From contig JBAZTV010000001.1 of the NCBI GenBank assembly GCA_041661765.1, positions 135,755 to 199,754 on the forward strand: a DNA stretch of 64,000 nucleotides. Direction: 5' to 3'. Positions 61,052 through 64,000 of this stretch are shown in pieces (position 1 is the first letter of the stretch; each line of letters opens with the position of its first letter). The notes under the pieces are model-generated. The model made no database searches, was not told the DNA's origin, and saw only the letters and a program-made list of their open reading frames with translations. The position numbers were made by a program, and so were the translations under genes. Source of the DNA: Candidatus Shapirobacteria bacterium. GTDB lineage: Bacteria > Patescibacteriota > Microgenomatia > UBA12405.

Positions 61052-61786
61052 ATGAAAAAAAACAATTCGCCTTTTATCACTAATTTAAAAATTGATCAAA
61101 ATGCCTTACCGAAACATATTGCCATTATTATGGATGGTAATCGCCGTTGGGCTATTAAACATGGAGTAAAGGCTAGTGAAGGTCACAAAGCCGGTGCTCA
61201 AAATTTAGAAAATATCGTTGATTATTGCCGTGATATCGGTATAAAAAATATTACCGTCTATGCTCTTTCCACTGAAAATTGGCGTAAACGTTCAGTCGAA
61301 GAAGTCAAAGGTATTTTTAATTTACTAATTAATGTTGTTAAAACTAAAAGTAAAGAGTATCAAAAATCTGGTATTAAATTTTTTGTCTTAGGTAATTTTC
61401 AAGCTTTTCCTTTTAAAGTAAAACATGCCATCAAAAAGATTTTAAATATGGTTTTAGATAAAGAAAGAATTAAATTTAACGTTGCCCTTAATTATGGAGG
61501 TCGCGACGAAATTGTTAACGCCATCAAAAATATTATTAAAGACGGAGTTAAATCTTCAGACGTTAACGAAAAATTAGTTTCCAACTATCTTTACACCACT
61601 GGTCAACCAGATCCAGATCTAGTTATTCGTCCAGGCGGAGAATTTCGTCTTTCTAATTTTCTTTTATGGCAAACATCATATGCTGAACTTTATTTTACCA
61701 ATACCCTTTGGCCAGATTTCACTCCAAAAGAACTAGAAAAAGCTATTTATTGGTATCAACAACGTGATCGCCGTTTAGGTAAGTAA
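61052..61786 (+). CDS. uppS: Undecaprenyl diphosphate synthase
   Basis: IMDGNRRWA, LSTENWRK, RPGGEFRLSNFLLWQ. Confidence 0.9.
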   Translation: MKKNNSPFITNLKIDQNALPKHIAIIMDGNRRWAIKHGVKASEGHKAGAQNLENIVDYCRDIGIKNITVYALSTENWRKRSVEEVKGIFNLLINVVKTKSKEYQKSGIKFFVLGNFQAFPFKVKHAIKKILNMVLDKERIKFNVALNYGGRDEIVNAIKNIIKDGVKSSDVNEKLVSNYLYTTGQPDPDLVIRPGGEFRLSNFLLWQTSYAELYFTNTLWPDFTPKELEKAIYWYQQRDRRLGK

Positions 61787-61798
61787 AAAAAAAGAAAT

Positions 61799-61846
61799 GC
61801 CGCCCTGTCAAGGGAGGTGGTCCGAAATTTCGGACCGGAGGGTTTT
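61799..61846. repeat. Bipartite palindromic element copy (intergenic between convergent uppS and small membrane gene)
   Basis: GCCGCCCT-GTCAA-GGGAGG-TGGTCCGAAATTTCGGACC-GGAGGGTTTTA. Confidence 0.7.
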
Positions 61847-61850
61847 ATTT

Positions 61851-62138
61851 TTACATAAAACTAACACCAAGCAAAACTTCCACTATTTTAGCAATAAAAT
61901 AAGACACAAAAATAATTAAAAACCCAATTATTGCCCCAGTTATTTTTCCATAAGCCGCTTTCGATTTATCCGGACTTCCTACCGATGTCATTAAGCCAAT
62001 TCCACCACTAATCAACATTAATAATAATATTAGCCCGGCTATAACATAAACATAAGGCAACAATTTCCCAACTATTTCACCTATCGTGGCAGTTTTAAAA
62101 CTAAAACCAGTGTTACCATAAAGATCCATTAATGCCAT
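61851..62138 (-). CDS. Small membrane protein (2 TM), possibly TrbC/VirB2 pilin-like; tandem paralog
   Basis: Signal-like N-term, GGIGLM...ITGAIIGFLII; resembles neighbour 62141..62527. Confidence 0.4.
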   Translation of the reverse strand: MALMDLYGNTGFSFKTATIGEIVGKLLPYVYVIAGLILLLMLISGGIGLMTSVGSPDKSKAAYGKITGAIIGFLIIFVSYFIAKIVEVLLGVSFM

Positions 62139-62140
62139 AT

Positions 62141-62527
62141 TTAATTTATTCCTGGGATTTGTAAAATATTAACTGCAACTAATCTTAAAATAAAAATTGC
62201 AAAAATACAGACCAATAATCCAATCACTGCCGAAGTGATTGTTTCTCTAGCACCTTGAACCTTCTTTTCATCCCCAGCAGATGTGGCAATTAAAATAAAA
62301 CCATAAGACATCAATAAAAAGGCAATTCCACCTGCAACTCCAAATAACCAACCCAGTAACCAAGGCACAAAAGAATTCATTTCTACTGGAATACAACCAA
62401 GGGCTGTATTAATTGATGTAGTAGAACAACCAGCAAAAGGATCATACGCAAAAACGGTTTTTTTAAAAAAGCCTCCAAAACCGATTGTCAACATTCCCAA
62501 AACCAACAATATCTTTCTCTTCAACAT
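62141..62527 (-). CDS. Small membrane protein, paralog of 61851..62138
   Basis: Signal peptide, conserved GGIAFLLMSYG...ITSAVIGLL. Confidence 0.4.
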   Translation of the reverse strand: MLKRKILLVLGMLTIGFGGFFKKTVFAYDPFAGCSTTSINTALGCIPVEMNSFVPWLLGWLFGVAGGIAFLLMSYGFILIATSAGDEKKVQGARETITSAVIGLLVCIFAIFILRLVAVNILQIPGIN

Positions 62528-62603
62528 ATTTGTAGTATATCAAATGTTAAAATTAAACTGTGTATCTAAAGCCCAAAAAATTATTAATATTTTTTTTGTT
62601 TTT

Positions 62604-62650
62604 AGCCCTCCTTTTTCAAGGGAGGGTGCCCGCAGGGCGGGTGGGTTTGA
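62604..62650. repeat. Bipartite palindromic element copy (5' region/N-terminus of SpoIID-like gene)
   Basis: AGCCCTCC-TTTTTCAA-GGGAGGG-TGCCCGCAGGGCGGG-TGGGTTTGA. Confidence 0.7.
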
Positions 62651-64000
62651 ACTTTGTTTTTGCCAGCATCGATGATGATATCGCCGCCATCACTAAACAA
62701 ATTTCCGATCTAGAAGCTTCAATTGCCCCTCTTCAAAAAGAATCTACTGGTCTTGCTTCTAAACTTACTTCTGCTAAAACCCAAATTACATCCATAAGCA
62801 ATCAGGTCGACAACCTCAGTCAAAAATTAGTCGACAAAGAATCAGATCTTGAAGTCCAAAAACTTTTACTTGCCGAAAGAGTTAAACGTTACTACAAAAA
62901 TAGTAAAAGTTATAATTCCTTTTTAATTTTATTTTCCGCTTCGGACAATAAAAATGGTTCTGTTTTTCAACAATATGCTTGGTATCAGTCAATTATTTCC
63001 CAAGATAAAAATACTATTACTCAATATTCTTCCGATATTACTATCTTAAACGATAATAAAAACAAACTCGAAGCTGAAAAAAATAAATTAGCCAAAGTCA
63101 AAAAAGACCTCGAATCCCGTTCCAGTTTTTTGGCCACTGAAATTAAAAAAGCCGAAACTTATAAAGCCGAACTTTCCGCCAAACAAAAAGACCTTGAAGC
63201 CAAAAAACTAGCCAGTTTAAATTTACCCACCAGTGTTGGTAGTGGTGGTAACATGATGTGTACCGATGATCGAAAAACCGATCCTGGTTTTGGCACTGGT
63301 TTCGCTTTTTTTACCTTTGGTATTCCTCACCATGTCGGTTTAAACCAATATGGTGCTTATGGTCGAGCCAAAGCTGGACAAAACTACAAAGACATTATTA
63401 ATGCCTATTTTAACAACGTTACTTTTGAAAAAAAGCCCAATATTACTCTCAACGTAAAAGGTTACGGTTCCATGCCTCTAGAACAGTATCTTTTAGGTAT
63501 TTATGAAGTCCCTGAATCTTGGCCAATTGAAGCTTTAAAAGCTCAAGTTATTGCTGCTCGTTCTTATGCTTTAGCTTATTCAAATAATGGTGCCAATGAA
63601 ATTTGTACCACCCAAGCTTGTCAGGTTTACAAAGGTGGCAATAAAGGTGGACAATGGGAGCAAGCTGTCAAAGCCACTGAAGGTGAAGTTATAACTCAAA
63701 GTGGTCAAGTAGTCACCGCTTGGTTTGCCTCTACCGCTGGTGGTTATACTTATACCTCTGCCGACGTTGGTTGGAAATCCACCGGTTGGACCAAAAATAC
63801 TCGCGATACTTCCGGTGATGTCAATTCTTTTGAAGATCTTATAAATAAAGCCTATGATAAAGATTCTCCTTGTTTTTATGCCGCCCAAGGCTATCGCAAA
63901 GAATATAATAAATCAGCTTGGTTAAAACCTAGTGAAGTTGCCGACATTGTCAATTCTATTCTTTTATCTCAAAAAGATTCTTCTATTAATAATAATCTTT
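62641..64000 (+). CDS. SpoIID/LytB-domain protein with N-terminal coiled coil (3' end beyond window; start uncertain: GTG 62560, TTG 62596 or GTG 62641)
   Basis: Own translation: ...EVPESWPIEALKAQVIAARSYALAY...ICTTQACQVYKGG typical SpoIID/LytB; frame open from 62557 to window end; not in track because no stop. Confidence 0.75.
   Translation, partial: MGLNFVFASIDDDIAAITKQISDLEASIAPLQKESTGLASKLTSAKTQITSISNQVDNLSQKLVDKESDLEVQKLLLAERVKRYYKNSKSYNSFLILFSASDNKNGSVFQQYAWYQSIISQDKNTITQYSSDITILNDNKNKLEAEKNKLAKVKKDLESRSSFLATEIKKAETYKAELSAKQKDLEAKKLASLNLPTSVGSGGNMMCTDDRKTDPGFGTGFAFFTFGIPHHVGLNQYGAYGRAKAGQNYKDIINAYFNNVTFEKKPNITLNVKGYGSMPLEQYLLGIYEVPESWPIEALKAQVIAARSYALAYSNNGANEICTTQACQVYKGGNKGGQWEQAVKATEGEVITQSGQVVTAWFASTAGGYTYTSADVGWKSTGWTKNTRDTSGDVNSFEDLINKAYDKDSPCFYAAQGYRKEYNKSAWLKPSEVADIVNSILLSQKDSSINNNL

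Noticed and set aside
63580-63888. Track ORF on the minus strand (102 aa) near the window end
   Set aside because: Antisense to a well-supported + strand SpoIID/LytB-domain ORF that runs to the window edge; low-complexity Gly/Thr-rich translation.

Overview
This is a low-GC, gene-dense bacterial window. It looks like a reduced genome of the Patescibacteria/CPR type: glycolysis and pentose-phosphate genes in clusters, many small membrane proteins, GT-C glycosyltransferases, and a stand-alone 16S gene with a mismatch to primer 515F. The recognisable content is listed in the features below.

Three things stand out on reading the raw sequence.

1. A visibly GC-richer five-gene cassette on the + strand (3415..8685) is punctuated by two type III hammerhead ribozyme motifs (about 4962..5012 and 7222..7273). 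It encodes an unknown 374-aa protein, a 98-aa protein, a eukaryote-like kinase fold that lacks the catalytic HRD aspartate, a vWA/MIDAS protein, and a divergent adenylosuccinate-synthetase (PurA/PurZ-like) protein. This is the best candidate for an undescribed mobile or defence-type system in the window.

2. A dispersed family of bipartite palindromic elements, about 35-50 nt each, has at least 12 copies. The consensus is CCCTCCC-loop-GGGAGGG, then a variable GC hairpin, then GGAGGGTTT. Seven or eight copies sit in-frame inside coding sequences (phosphoglycerate kinase, an FkbM methyltransferase, an HMA membrane protein twice, a nucleotidyltransferase-like protein twice, the C-terminus of the transketolase C-terminal subunit, and the N-terminus of the SpoIID-like protein). 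This resembles Rickettsia RPE-type elements.

3. Two small insertion signatures are present. A GIY-YIG endonuclease gene sits next to a duplicated tRNA-Ser 3' end. A YegP/DUF1508 mini-gene is flanked by a 42-bp direct repeat that duplicates the 3' end of the neighbouring gene.

Coordinates for RNA motifs and repeats were placed by eye and may be off by 1-3 nt.
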